DNA of 64,000 nt from Bacteroidales bacterium (GCA_028706295.1 JAQWBQ010000015.1:386-64385); one strand, 5' to 3'. Counted from the first letter of the stretch, positions 45,521 through 53,648 are shown. Notes: generated by a model from the sequence alone, not told the origin. Numbers and translations are program-made.

Positions 45521-46840
45521 TTACAGCCTGCCGTCAACAGAGTTCCGCGGCAGCAGGGCCTTGATATCATAGATAATCAGTTTTTCAGGTTTGACGGACA
45601 GGTCAACCGTTTTAAATTCATCGTGAGCGACCGCAAGTACCAAAGCCTGATACGCATCTGTTACCTGAATGGGCAGGGACAGGTCGATCAGGTTCAATCC
45701 GTATTCATGGCGAACCTCGTCCGCATCTGCCCAGGGATCATAAACATCAACCGAACAGCCGAAACTGCGCAATTCCCTGATAAGATCAATTACCTTTGAA
45801 TTTCTGATATCGGGACAATTCTCCTTAAAAGTGATGCCCAAAACCAGGACCCTACTTCCTTTAACAAGAATCTCTTTTCCGATCATCATTTTTACGATAC
45901 GACGGGCAATCCAGGCTCCCATACCATCATTCATCCGCCTGCCTGCAAGAATGATTTCAGGATGGTAGCCGGCCTCCTCCGCTTTTTCTGCGATATAGTA
46001 TGGATCAATGCCAATGCAATGGCCTCCAACAAGTCCGGGCTTGAATTTGAGAAAGTTCCATTTGGTGCCTGCCGCTTCAAGTACATCGGTCGTATCGATC
46101 TCAAAATAGCTGCATATTTTAGCTAATTCATTCATAAAGGCGATATTGATATCGCGCTGTGAATTCTCAATTACTTTTGCAGCTTCTGCAACTTTAATGG
46201 AAGGAGCTTTATGGGTTCCGTTTTTCAGAATGGAGTTATACAACCGGTCGATCAGATCAGCTGCAGCGGGCGTGGAGCCGCTGGTAATCTTTTTAATCGT
46301 CAGAACCGTATTGACCTTGTCACCGGGATTGATCCTTTCCGGTGAATATCCGGCAAAAAAATCTGCCTGAAATTTCATTCCTGATACCCGTTCAATAACC
46401 GGTATGCAATCGTCCTCGGTACAACCGGGATATACGGTCGATTCGTAAATCACGATTCCGCCTTTTGATATCACACGGCCAACTGTTTCGCTGGCTTTTA
46501 TCAACGGTGTCAGGTCCGGCCGGTTGTTTTTATCCACGGGAGTGGGAACTGTAACAATAAAAACATTGCAAATCTTCAGTTCTTCAATGTTTTTGGTAAG
46601 ATACAGGCCGGTCGCTGTTTCAGATTCCGGTGCCCTGACAATCACCGATTGCAGGTTTGAATCCTCCACCTCAAGCGTACTGTCATGACCCGCAAGCAAT
46701 TCACTGATCCGTTCTTCTTTGATGTCAAATCCGATGACCGGGAATTTCTTTGCAAATTCTACCGCCAAAGGTAATCCGACATATCCCAGCCCGATCACTG
46801 CAATGTGCAGTTCATTTATTTTGGGAAGTTCATGCGCCAT
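45521..46840 (-). CDS. Nucleotide-sugar (UDP-N-acetylhexosamine type) 6-dehydrogenase
   Basis: 439 aa. IAVIGLGYVGLPLA NAD-binding motif and the catalytic region GGHCIGIDPYY, typical of the TviB/WbpA/Cap5O family. Confidence 0.85.
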   Translation of the reverse strand: MAHELPKINELHIAVIGLGYVGLPLAVEFAKKFPVIGFDIKEERISELLAGHDSTLEVEDSNLQSVIVRAPESETATGLYLTKNIEELKICNVFIVTVPTPVDKNNRPDLTPLIKASETVGRVISKGGIVIYESTVYPGCTEDDCIPVIERVSGMKFQADFFAGYSPERINPGDKVNTVLTIKKITSGSTPAAADLIDRLYNSILKNGTHKAPSIKVAEAAKVIENSQRDINIAFMNELAKICSYFEIDTTDVLEAAGTKWNFLKFKPGLVGGHCIGIDPYYIAEKAEEAGYHPEIILAGRRMNDGMGAWIARRIVKMMIGKEILVKGSRVLVLGITFKENCPDIRNSKVIDLIRELRSFGCSVDVYDPWADADEVRHEYGLNLIDLSLPIQVTDAYQALVLAVAHDEFKTVDLSVKPEKLIIYDIKALLPRNSVDGRL

Positions 46841-46865
46841 TCAAAATGTTTTGATTTGTTATTAA

Positions 46866-47438
46866 TTATCTGATCCGCTCAATAAGTAAAGGTGAAATAG
46901 ACAAAGTAAGTACCTGATTCAGGTGATCGATCCGGATGATCACCTTTTTCTTATTGGAAATGGAAATCAATTCTCCTTCCAACCCGATCAATTGACCGGC
47001 TGTGATCCGCACCCGTACACCCGTTTCAAAGGTGTCGGGAATACAAGTAACAGGAACATCTGAACCTGTGACTGCTTTCAGGGTATCGATTTGCCGTTCA
47101 GGGATCACGGCGGGTTTTCCTGAAAACCAGACATATCTTACTGCCCCCGGTGTGTTGAGTACCTCATAATAATCCCTGGAGGTTATCCTGACGAAACAAT
47201 AAGAACGAATGATGGGTTCATCGATCAGTTTTTTACGATCACTCCAGTGGTGAAGCGCTTTCCGAAGAGGAACATAGGCTTCAATTCCCTTTTCGTTTAA
47301 CATCAGCATGAGCTTTTTTTCCCATCGGGAACGCGTGTAAACGGCGTACCAGGCTAAAGTGGCCGGAAGATTTCGTGCGACTCTTTTTGTCTGATTTTGG
47401 CCTTCACGTACCGATGCTAACCCGGGTTCAGGACTCAT
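46866..47438 (-). CDS. UpxY-family (NusG-like) transcription antiterminator
   Basis: WYAVYTRSRWEKKLMLMLNEKGIEAYVPL NGN-domain signature and a C-terminal KOW-like segment (VRVRITAGQLIGLEGELISI). Confidence 0.8.
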   Translation of the reverse strand: MSPEPGLASVREGQNQTKRVARNLPATLAWYAVYTRSRWEKKLMLMLNEKGIEAYVPLRKALHHWSDRKKLIDEPIIRSYCFVRITSRDYYEVLNTPGAVRYVWFSGKPAVIPERQIDTLKAVTGSDVPVTCIPDTFETGVRVRITAGQLIGLEGELISISNKKKVIIRIDHLNQVLTLSISPLLIERIR

Positions 47439-47644
47439 TGCTTGATTCTGATTTTCGACGCTAAGTTACTGTTTCCGGGTCATAATTTTCCGGAATTGAC
47501 AGGTAATGATACGTCGATCTGTACGACAGCAAAGATATTGAAATCATCGGAATGATTTTTCTGATACTAAATGAAAAATGGAGGTCCGGAACAACCTTCA
47601 TCCAAACAGGAAATGCCCTATTTGCTAATTAGATCATAAAACCC

Positions 47645-47652
47645 TATATTTG
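47645..47652 (+). promoter_or_regulatory. Putative -7 promoter box TATATTTG
   Basis: Exact TAnnTTTG, 26 nt upstream of ATG 47678. Confidence 0.55.
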
Positions 47653-47677
47653 CACCCTTTGTCAAAAAACCGGACTT

Positions 47678-49225
47678 ATGAGTTTGAGAGCCAAAACAAC
47701 GGAATTGAAACGAAGAATGCAGGAAGCCTTTCAGGGGGGCGGTGAGCAGGCCCTTGAAAAGCAAAAGGCCTCCGGAAAAATGACTGCCCGTGAACGGATT
47801 CTTGCCCTTCTCGATCCAAATTCATTCCATGAATATGATCTTTTTGTAAAGCATGCCGGCCAGGATTTTGACATGGATAAAAAATATCTTCCGGGCGATG
47901 GAGTTATCACAGGAACGGGCTCCATAAATGCATGGCCTGTCTGCATTTTTGCCCAGGATTTCACGGTAGCAGGTGGCTCTTTAGGATTTATGCATGCCAA
48001 AAAGATCACCAAAATCATGGATCATGCAATGAAGATGAAAGTTCCCCTGATCGGGATCAACGATTCAGGAGGAGCCCGGATCCAGGAGGGGGTGAATTCA
48101 TTGGCCGGATATGGTGAAATTTTCTATCGGAATACCCAGGCTTCCGGTGTCATTCCTCAGATTTCGGTTATTCTTGGCCCGTGTGCTGGTGGCGCAGTTT
48201 ACAGTCCGGCACTGACCGACTTTGTGTTCGTGGTCGACAAGATTTCCAAGATGTTCATCACGGGCCCCGAGGTTATCAAAACGGTACTGGGAGAGGAAAT
48301 TTCGATGGAGGACCTGGGAGGTGCCCGCGTCCATGCTGAAATTACCGGAAATGCGCATTTTTATGCCGAGAGCGAGATGGAATGTTTTGAACAGATCAAG
48401 CGTCTGGTAAGCTATATTCCATGGAATAATGAAAAGAAGGCTGAAGTTTTCCCTAAAAAAGCCCCCAAATCAAGGCAGTATAAGCTGGATCATATTTTCC
48501 CGACCAACCCGATGAAACCTTATGACGTCAGAGATGTTATCAGAGCCATTTCGGATGACAGCGATTTCTTTGAAGTTCAGGAATTGTGGGCCGGAAACAT
48601 CGTGATCGGATTTGGCCGGCTTGACGGACAGACGATCGGATTCGTCGCCAATCAGCCGATGGTTCTGGCCGGGGTGCTTGATTGCGATTCAAGTGATAAA
48701 GCCGCACGTTTTATCAGGTTTTGCGATGCCTTTAATATTCCCCTCGTCACCCTGGTCGACCTGCCCGGATACCTCCCGGGAGCTGATCAGGAGCATGCAG
48801 GCGTTATCCGGCATGGTGCGAAAGTGCTCTATGCATACAGTGAGGCAACCGTGCCAAAATTGACCGTAATTCTGCGAAAAGCCTATGGCGGCGGATATAT
48901 CGCCATGTGTTCAAATCATTTAAGAGCCGACTTTGTCTTCGCCTGGCCGACTGCTGAAATTGCTGTAATGGGTCCCGAAGGTGCAGCCAACATCATCTTC
49001 CGTAATGAAATCAAGGCCAGCGACAATCCGGAAGAAACCCGAAAAAGATTGATCGAAGAGTACCGGCAGAAATTTGCAAATCCCTATGTGGCTGCCGCTT
49101 ATGGGTATGTTGACGCCGTGATTGAACCAAACGAAACTCGTAATTACTTAACACATTCACTCGTACTTGCCCAGAGTAAAAGAGAAGTGTCACCGAGTAA
49201 GAAACACGGAATTCCTCCTTTCTGA
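47678..49225 (+). CDS. Acyl-CoA carboxylase carboxyltransferase subunit (propionyl-CoA carboxylase beta / methylmalonyl-CoA decarboxylase alpha family)
   Basis: 515 aa with the two crotonase-like halves: GKMTARERILALLDP ... GGARIQEG ... PQISVILGPCAGGAVYSPA ... PLVTLVDLPGYLPG ... YGGGYIAM. Confidence 0.9.
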   Translation: MSLRAKTTELKRRMQEAFQGGGEQALEKQKASGKMTARERILALLDPNSFHEYDLFVKHAGQDFDMDKKYLPGDGVITGTGSINAWPVCIFAQDFTVAGGSLGFMHAKKITKIMDHAMKMKVPLIGINDSGGARIQEGVNSLAGYGEIFYRNTQASGVIPQISVILGPCAGGAVYSPALTDFVFVVDKISKMFITGPEVIKTVLGEEISMEDLGGARVHAEITGNAHFYAESEMECFEQIKRLVSYIPWNNEKKAEVFPKKAPKSRQYKLDHIFPTNPMKPYDVRDVIRAISDDSDFFEVQELWAGNIVIGFGRLDGQTIGFVANQPMVLAGVLDCDSSDKAARFIRFCDAFNIPLVTLVDLPGYLPGADQEHAGVIRHGAKVLYAYSEATVPKLTVILRKAYGGGYIAMCSNHLRADFVFAWPTAEIAVMGPEGAANIIFRNEIKASDNPEETRKRLIEEYRQKFANPYVAAAYGYVDAVIEPNETRNYLTHSLVLAQSKREVSPSKKHGIPPF

Positions 49226-49295
49226 TATGTTTTCCTGAAAACTGATTTTTTTCCCGGGCGATCTGTAAGGTTTATTAACCTCATAAAATTAACAC

Positions 49296-49613
49296 ATGGA
49301 CGAGACAATTGAATATGTCGACTTCAAATTCGAAGAGATCGTTTATAAAACGACCCTAACGAAAAAGTTTGCGAATCGGAAACCCCACCATAACCCCGAC
49401 TCAAGAAAAGTTTTTGCCTTTATTCCCGGGACAATTCTAAAAGTTCTTGTCAAAGAAGGCGCTAAAGTTAAAAAAGGGGATCCCTTGGTGATACTTCAGG
49501 CAATGAAAATGGATAATTCGTTGCTTGCCACACGCCCCGGTGTGGTAAAAAAGACCTATGTCAAACAAGGAGATACGGTCCAAAAAAATTGCCTGCTTCT
49601 CGAATTGAAATAA
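49296..49613 (+). CDS. Small biotinyl/lipoyl-domain protein (biotin carboxyl carrier)
   Basis: 105 aa. Biotinylation motif in ILQAMKMDN (A-M-K-M). Confidence 0.75.
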   Translation: MDETIEYVDFKFEEIVYKTTLTKKFANRKPHHNPDSRKVFAFIPGTILKVLVKEGAKVKKGDPLVILQAMKMDNSLLATRPGVVKKTYVKQGDTVQKNCLLLELK

Positions 49614-49672
49614 TTTTTTTCTCATAGCAACCCTTTTTGAGCCTGTGCAGTCTTTGATCAAAAGAAGTTGTT

Positions 49673-50146
49673 ATGAAGAGAAAAAAAGTCGATCTTCTGA
49701 AAATCCAGAACGTATTATTATCTTCCTGCCCGTTCATCAGTTTTGCTTTTATCCAGGGACCTGATAGCTCAGGATTCATAATGCCTCCCGGAAACATTGA
49801 CCTTGCCGTATACCTTGATGGCACCATTGGAACTTACCAGGCCCTTGAAAGAATCTTACCTGTAATGACCCATTCAGTTCCGCAAGTCTTTTGCGAATTG
49901 ACCATTCTGAACCGCGTCGACCCGATAACCCGGTACAATGTATTACAAAAATCCCCGTTGTTTATCCGTGAAAAAAGGGAGAACCAATTTTCACAGTTTG
50001 TCAGAAAAACCAACCTCGATTACCGGGTTTTAAGAGCGCAGTATCGCAGAAGAGGGCTGTTGAGTGATACCAATCAGGCAATGCCTGATCCATCGTTCAT
50101 TTTATCAAGAGAAAATTTTCCACCGAATGTAAAATCCAAAATCTGA
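49673..50146 (+). CDS. Minimal nucleotidyltransferase (MNT)-like protein with degenerate active-site motif
   Basis: 157 aa. FAFIQGPDSSGFIMPPGNIDLAVYLD aligns to the MNT pattern G-S-x(n)-D-x-D-L-x-V, but with G-P and N-I-D. The downstream LTILNRVDPITRYNVLQKSPLFIREK resembles the MNT C-terminal helix pattern. Confidence 0.45.
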   Translation: MKRKKVDLLKIQNVLLSSCPFISFAFIQGPDSSGFIMPPGNIDLAVYLDGTIGTYQALERILPVMTHSVPQVFCELTILNRVDPITRYNVLQKSPLFIREKRENQFSQFVRKTNLDYRVLRAQYRRRGLLSDTNQAMPDPSFILSRENFPPNVKSKI

Positions 50147-50276
50147 TCTGTCGGACCAGGCAATTTCAAACAATCGTACCGAATCGGACCAGATGTGTAA
50201 ACAACGAACTGCTGTACCTCCCGGGAAAATGCATCTAAAAATATGCCCGGCATTTTTATAGCGATGCAGCAAAAAA

Positions 50277-50295
50277 GAAAATGCATTGCATTTTC
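50277..50295. promoter_or_regulatory. 19-nt perfect odd palindrome GAAAATGCA-T-TGCATTTTC flanked by GATGCAG[CT]AAAA direct repeats
   Basis: Read directly: palindrome at 50277-50295, GATGCAG at 50263-50269 and 50301-50307, about 40 nt upstream of the TATATTTG box of engB. Candidate operator. Confidence 0.35.
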
Positions 50296-50330
50296 AGAAA
50301 GATGCAGTAAAATTGAAGTATTCGGTTTGT

Positions 50331-50338
50331 TATATTTG
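50331..50338 (+). promoter_or_regulatory. Putative -7 promoter box TATATTTG for engB
   Basis: Exact TAnnTTTG, 32 nt upstream of GTG 50370. Confidence 0.55.
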
Positions 50339-50369
50339 CATGTTTATATTGCATTTGATTGTCTGATTC

Positions 50370-51047
50370 GTGAAGATTACAAAAACAGAGTTTATCTGCA
50401 GCAGTCCGTCGCTGAAATTTTGCCCGCGCGGAAACCATCCTGAATTTGCCTTTATCGGCAGATCAAATGTGGGAAAGTCATCACTGATCAATATGTTGAC
50501 CGGTTTTAAAGGATTGGCCAAAATATCGTCAACTCCGGGGAAAACACGGCTTATTAATCATTTTAAAGTGGAATCGGAATGCGGTCCTGCAGGAATCGAC
50601 TTTTCCGATCTCAGCAGCACAACCAGCGGTTTGGATGAGTTTCCATTCAAAATAACCTGGTATCTGGTGGATTTACCCGGATATGGTTTTGCTAAAATTG
50701 CCCGGACAGAGCGTGAAAAATTCGAAGGAATGATCCGAAATTTTCTGGAAAAAAGAGAGAACCTTGCGCTGACCTTCCTCCTGATAGATTCCCGGCTGGA
50801 CCCTCAAAAAATAGACCTTGAATTTATACGCTGGCTTATACAACAAAATGTCGCGTTTGTTATCCTCTTTACCAAGACCGATAAACTGTCGAAAAGCCAG
50901 GTTAAAAGCAGACTTGAAACATATCGGAGTACCTTGGCCATGACCTGGAAATCAGTACCTGAAATCATTCCTGTTTCCTCCGTGACAAAGACCGGGAAAG
51001 CCGAGGTTTTACAGACGGTGAAGGAGGTCCTGCTCGAAATTTCTTAG
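50370..51047 (+). CDS. engB: Ribosome-biogenesis GTPase EngB/YihA
   Basis: G1 GRSNVGKSSLIN, G3 VDLPGYGFAK, G4 TKTDK. GTG start. Contains an extra segment between switch I and G3 (see findings). Confidence 0.85.
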   Translation: MKITKTEFICSSPSLKFCPRGNHPEFAFIGRSNVGKSSLINMLTGFKGLAKISSTPGKTRLINHFKVESECGPAGIDFSDLSSTTSGLDEFPFKITWYLVDLPGYGFAKIARTEREKFEGMIRNFLEKRENLALTFLLIDSRLDPQKIDLEFIRWLIQQNVAFVILFTKTDKLSKSQVKSRLETYRSTLAMTWKSVPEIIPVSSVTKTGKAEVLQTVKEVLLEIS

Positions 51048-51062
51048 TTACAGATCAATTAC

Positions 51063-52064
51063 TTACCCGAGCTCATAAACTTTTTCCTTGATCAGCGAGG
51101 CCCACTGGGAATCAGTTTTTGTCCGGTCAAAAGTCGTCCAGGAAATCGGATCCCCCACCATGATGGTAATTGTTTTTCCAAGTTGTTTTACCATCTCATC
51201 CACCAGATAAAGCATTTCGATATTGGCGCCAATACTCATTGATTTTCTCCAATTGGCAAGATTATAAAACCATTCAGAATTCCTTCCTTCAATAAAAACC
51301 GGAATAATGCTTCTTTGATATTTTTTCGCTTTTTTGATAAAGGTACTTTTCCATTCCAGGTCACGGATCACGCTATGATCATTGACCAAAGTCGATGCCG
51401 GGATGAAAAAAGTCGGGTCGCCCGAAATACCATTTCTGCAAGAACCGGGTACAGGTGCCGGCATGCCATTTCCAGGAGAGATGATCCATTTACCTGGATT
51501 TTCACGAATCAGTCTCTTTAGTTTGTGTTTGCGTGAAACCAATCCTGCAGGAAAATAGAGTACCATCTTACCGGAGGCAAAAGTTTCATCAATGAGCATT
51601 GCATTTTCAGTATTCCTGCCATGTTTATTGATGGGGATGAAAAGCGGTCTCAAGCCGGGTACATTCATGAGAAGGTCGTTGACCGGAAAAACAAGATCCT
51701 GTCTGAACTTCCCAAGCTGAAACATCAATGCCATACCATCAAGGCCTCCGAGAGGGTGATTGGCAGCCACGATAAAACGGCCGGTCGGAGGGATGACGGG
51801 ATCAGGCTGATCATCGCCCGAATTACATGCAGGTTTTTTTCGCCGGTCAACCATCACAACATGAACGCCGAACTCTTTTAATATCGCGTCAACAAATGGC
51901 AATCCCGATTTATCCCTGTTTCGCCAAATGTAACCGTTGATCTCATACTGATGGGTGATCTTTTTCAAATACCGCAATACAAAACCGGGGATAAGCTTCT
52001 TCAAGGCGGGATTCTTGGAGGCGAAGAGCGCCTCGATATCGATAAGGTGTTCGGGAACTTCCAT
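51063..52064 (-). CDS. Lysophospholipid/lyso-aminolipid O-acyltransferase (PlsC family; GlsA/OlsA-like)
   Basis: 333 aa. Acyltransferase block AANHPLGGLDG and FPAGLVSRK. Divergently paired with an OlsB/GlsB-like N-acyltransferase. Confidence 0.7.
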   Translation of the reverse strand: MEVPEHLIDIEALFASKNPALKKLIPGFVLRYLKKITHQYEINGYIWRNRDKSGLPFVDAILKEFGVHVVMVDRRKKPACNSGDDQPDPVIPPTGRFIVAANHPLGGLDGMALMFQLGKFRQDLVFPVNDLLMNVPGLRPLFIPINKHGRNTENAMLIDETFASGKMVLYFPAGLVSRKHKLKRLIRENPGKWIISPGNGMPAPVPGSCRNGISGDPTFFIPASTLVNDHSVIRDLEWKSTFIKKAKKYQRSIIPVFIEGRNSEWFYNLANWRKSMSIGANIEMLYLVDEMVKQLGKTITIMVGDPISWTTFDRTKTDSQWASLIKEKVYELG

Positions 52065-52118
52065 TTCACATCAATAACCAGTACAAAGGTACTAAATGGA
52101 AGGCATTCAATAATTCTC

Positions 52119-52126
52119 TATCTTTG
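52119..52126 (+). promoter_or_regulatory. Putative -7 promoter box TATCTTTG
   Basis: Exact TAnnTTTG, 20 nt upstream of ATG 52146. It lies inside the over-extended track ORF (51951), which supports the internal start. Confidence 0.55.
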
Positions 52127-52145
52127 TTCTTCCATTTCATTTTAT

Positions 52146-53114
52146 ATGGAACCAATCATCGATCCCGTTGATAAAAGAATTCTGGAGGCCGAACTGACCG
52201 AAAGCATGTTTCTCAGAAACACCAACAACGGGCACAATAAAATTTTTGTTTTTAACGCACACGATGCGCCCAATTTGATGTGCGAATTAGGACGGCTGCG
52301 GGAGATTTCATTCCGGGATGCCGGCGGTGGTACCGGAAAGTCGCTCGATATCGATGAATTTGACACCATGGAGATCCCATTTCATCAGCTTATTGTTTGG
52401 GATCCTGTCGAAATGGAGATCATCGGGGGGTACCGGTTTATACATGGCCGTGATATCGTATGTGAGCAAAAAGGATGCGTTCACAGTGCGACCGCGGAAC
52501 TCTTTGATTTTTCGAACAGGTTCATTCATGATTTTCTCCCCGATTCCATTGAATTGGGAAGATCCTTTGTCCAACCCAATTACCAACCACTCGTTAATTT
52601 CAGGAAGGGCATGTACTCGCTCGATAACCTGTGGGACGGGTTGGGGGCCATGATCATTGAAAATCCTGATGTAAAGTATTTTTTCGGTAAGATGACCATG
52701 TATCCGCAATACAATAAAGAAGCCCGCGATATCGTGCAGTTTTTTCTCCGGAAATATTTTCCTGATAATGAAACCCTGATGACACCGAGGGAACCGATTG
52801 TTAAAGTTACTCCTGATGCAATGATTTCAGAGATTTTCTCAGGAGTAACTTACGAAGAAAATTACAGGAGACTCATTCAGGAGGTGAAACGCAGGGGCGA
52901 ATTCGTGCCGCCGCTCGTCAATGCTTATATGAACTTATCACCTACCATGCGGACATTCGGAACTGCCATCAATCATGGTTTTGGCGACGTGGAAGAGACA
53001 GGTATCCTGATCAATATCAATGACATTTATCCCCGGAAAAAAGAGCGTCATCTGAAAACATATATTCAGCGCCTTTCCGCTCTGAAAGGATTGCGTTGGC
53101 GCCGTCGGCGGTGA
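52146..53114 (+). CDS. GNAT-fold amino-acid N-acyltransferase (OlsB/GlsB, hemolysin-like family)
   Basis: 322 aa from MEPIIDPVDKRILEAEL. Pattern REISFRDAGGGTGKSLDIDEFD ... IIGGYRFIHG ... ELGRSFVQPNYQ is typical of OlsB-like lyso-aminolipid synthases, from memory. Confidence 0.7.
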   Translation: MEPIIDPVDKRILEAELTESMFLRNTNNGHNKIFVFNAHDAPNLMCELGRLREISFRDAGGGTGKSLDIDEFDTMEIPFHQLIVWDPVEMEIIGGYRFIHGRDIVCEQKGCVHSATAELFDFSNRFIHDFLPDSIELGRSFVQPNYQPLVNFRKGMYSLDNLWDGLGAMIIENPDVKYFFGKMTMYPQYNKEARDIVQFFLRKYFPDNETLMTPREPIVKVTPDAMISEIFSGVTYEENYRRLIQEVKRRGEFVPPLVNAYMNLSPTMRTFGTAINHGFGDVEETGILININDIYPRKKERHLKTYIQRLSALKGLRWRRRR

Positions 53115-53121
53115 AATACAA

Positions 53122-53208
53122 AATCCCCTGCAGATCATTTTTTTTGGACCACATCCAAGCGTGTTTACACCGGGAATTGTGATCTGAAAATAATATCAAC
53201 AGGGGATT
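53122..53208. repeat. Nested inverted repeat in convergent intergenic region (possible bidirectional terminator or structured element)
   Basis: Outer arms AATCCCCTG (53122-30) / CAGGGGATT (53200-08). Inner arms CAGATCA (53131-37) / TGATCTG (53180-86). T8 run at 53138-45 directly after the left arms. Confidence 0.6.
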
Positions 53209-53232
53209 CCAGATTCCTTATTGAGAACGCTT

Positions 53233-53499
53233 TCAGGAAGCTGCCACGGCCGATGCATTGGCCTTGAGCATTAGTTTCCTTTTCAGGTTCGAGGCTTTAT
53301 TCTTGTGAATCACACTCTTTTTGGCCAGCTTATCAAGCTGAGAAAGCACTTTTGGAAGTTCCTTAACTACAGTATCCTTGTTCTCTTCTTCACGGATTTT
53401 CTTAACCGCGTTACGAACGGTGCGTCCCTGATAGCGGTTCAATGTGCGTTTGGTTTTGTTACTGCGAATACGCTTTTCAGCGCTCTGATGATTGGCCAT
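53233..53499 (-). CDS. rpsT: 30S ribosomal protein S20
   Basis: MANHQSAEKRIRSNKTKRTLNRYQ from the ATG at 53499. The track ORF is extended upstream across the promoter box. Confidence 0.9.
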   Translation of the reverse strand: MANHQSAEKRIRSNKTKRTLNRYQGRTVRNAVKKIREEENKDTVVKELPKVLSQLDKLAKKSVIHKNKASNLKRKLMLKANASAVAAS

Positions 53500-53527
53500 G
53501 TTGAATAATTGTTTTTTAATTGGGGTG

Positions 53528-53535
53528 CAAAGATA
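53528..53535 (-). promoter_or_regulatory. Putative -7 promoter box TATCTTTG for rpsT
   Basis: Plus-strand caaagata is TATCTTTG on the minus strand, 29 nt upstream of ATG 53499. Confidence 0.55.
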
Positions 53536-53648
53536 CAATCCTTTTCGGAATTTTCAAAACCGGTATCAGATTTTAATAGCTGACGCGTTTTACTTCGTCC
53601 TGCCATCGACACCCCTTTACTTCATTTTCGCAAGTTCTGCAGACCCGA

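Noticed and set aside
47439-47677. Invertible (phase-variable) promoter upstream of the UpxY-like gene, as in Bacteroides capsule loci
   Set aside because: I could not see flanking inverted repeats of the expected about 20-30 nt in the 239-nt region, and no serine or tyrosine recombinase gene is nearby.
51951-52145. N-terminal 65-aa extension of the N-acyltransferase ORF in the track (start 51951)
   Set aside because: The extension overlaps the divergent acyltransferase gene and contains the TATCTTTG promoter box at 52119-52126. ATG 52146 gives a typical-length protein.
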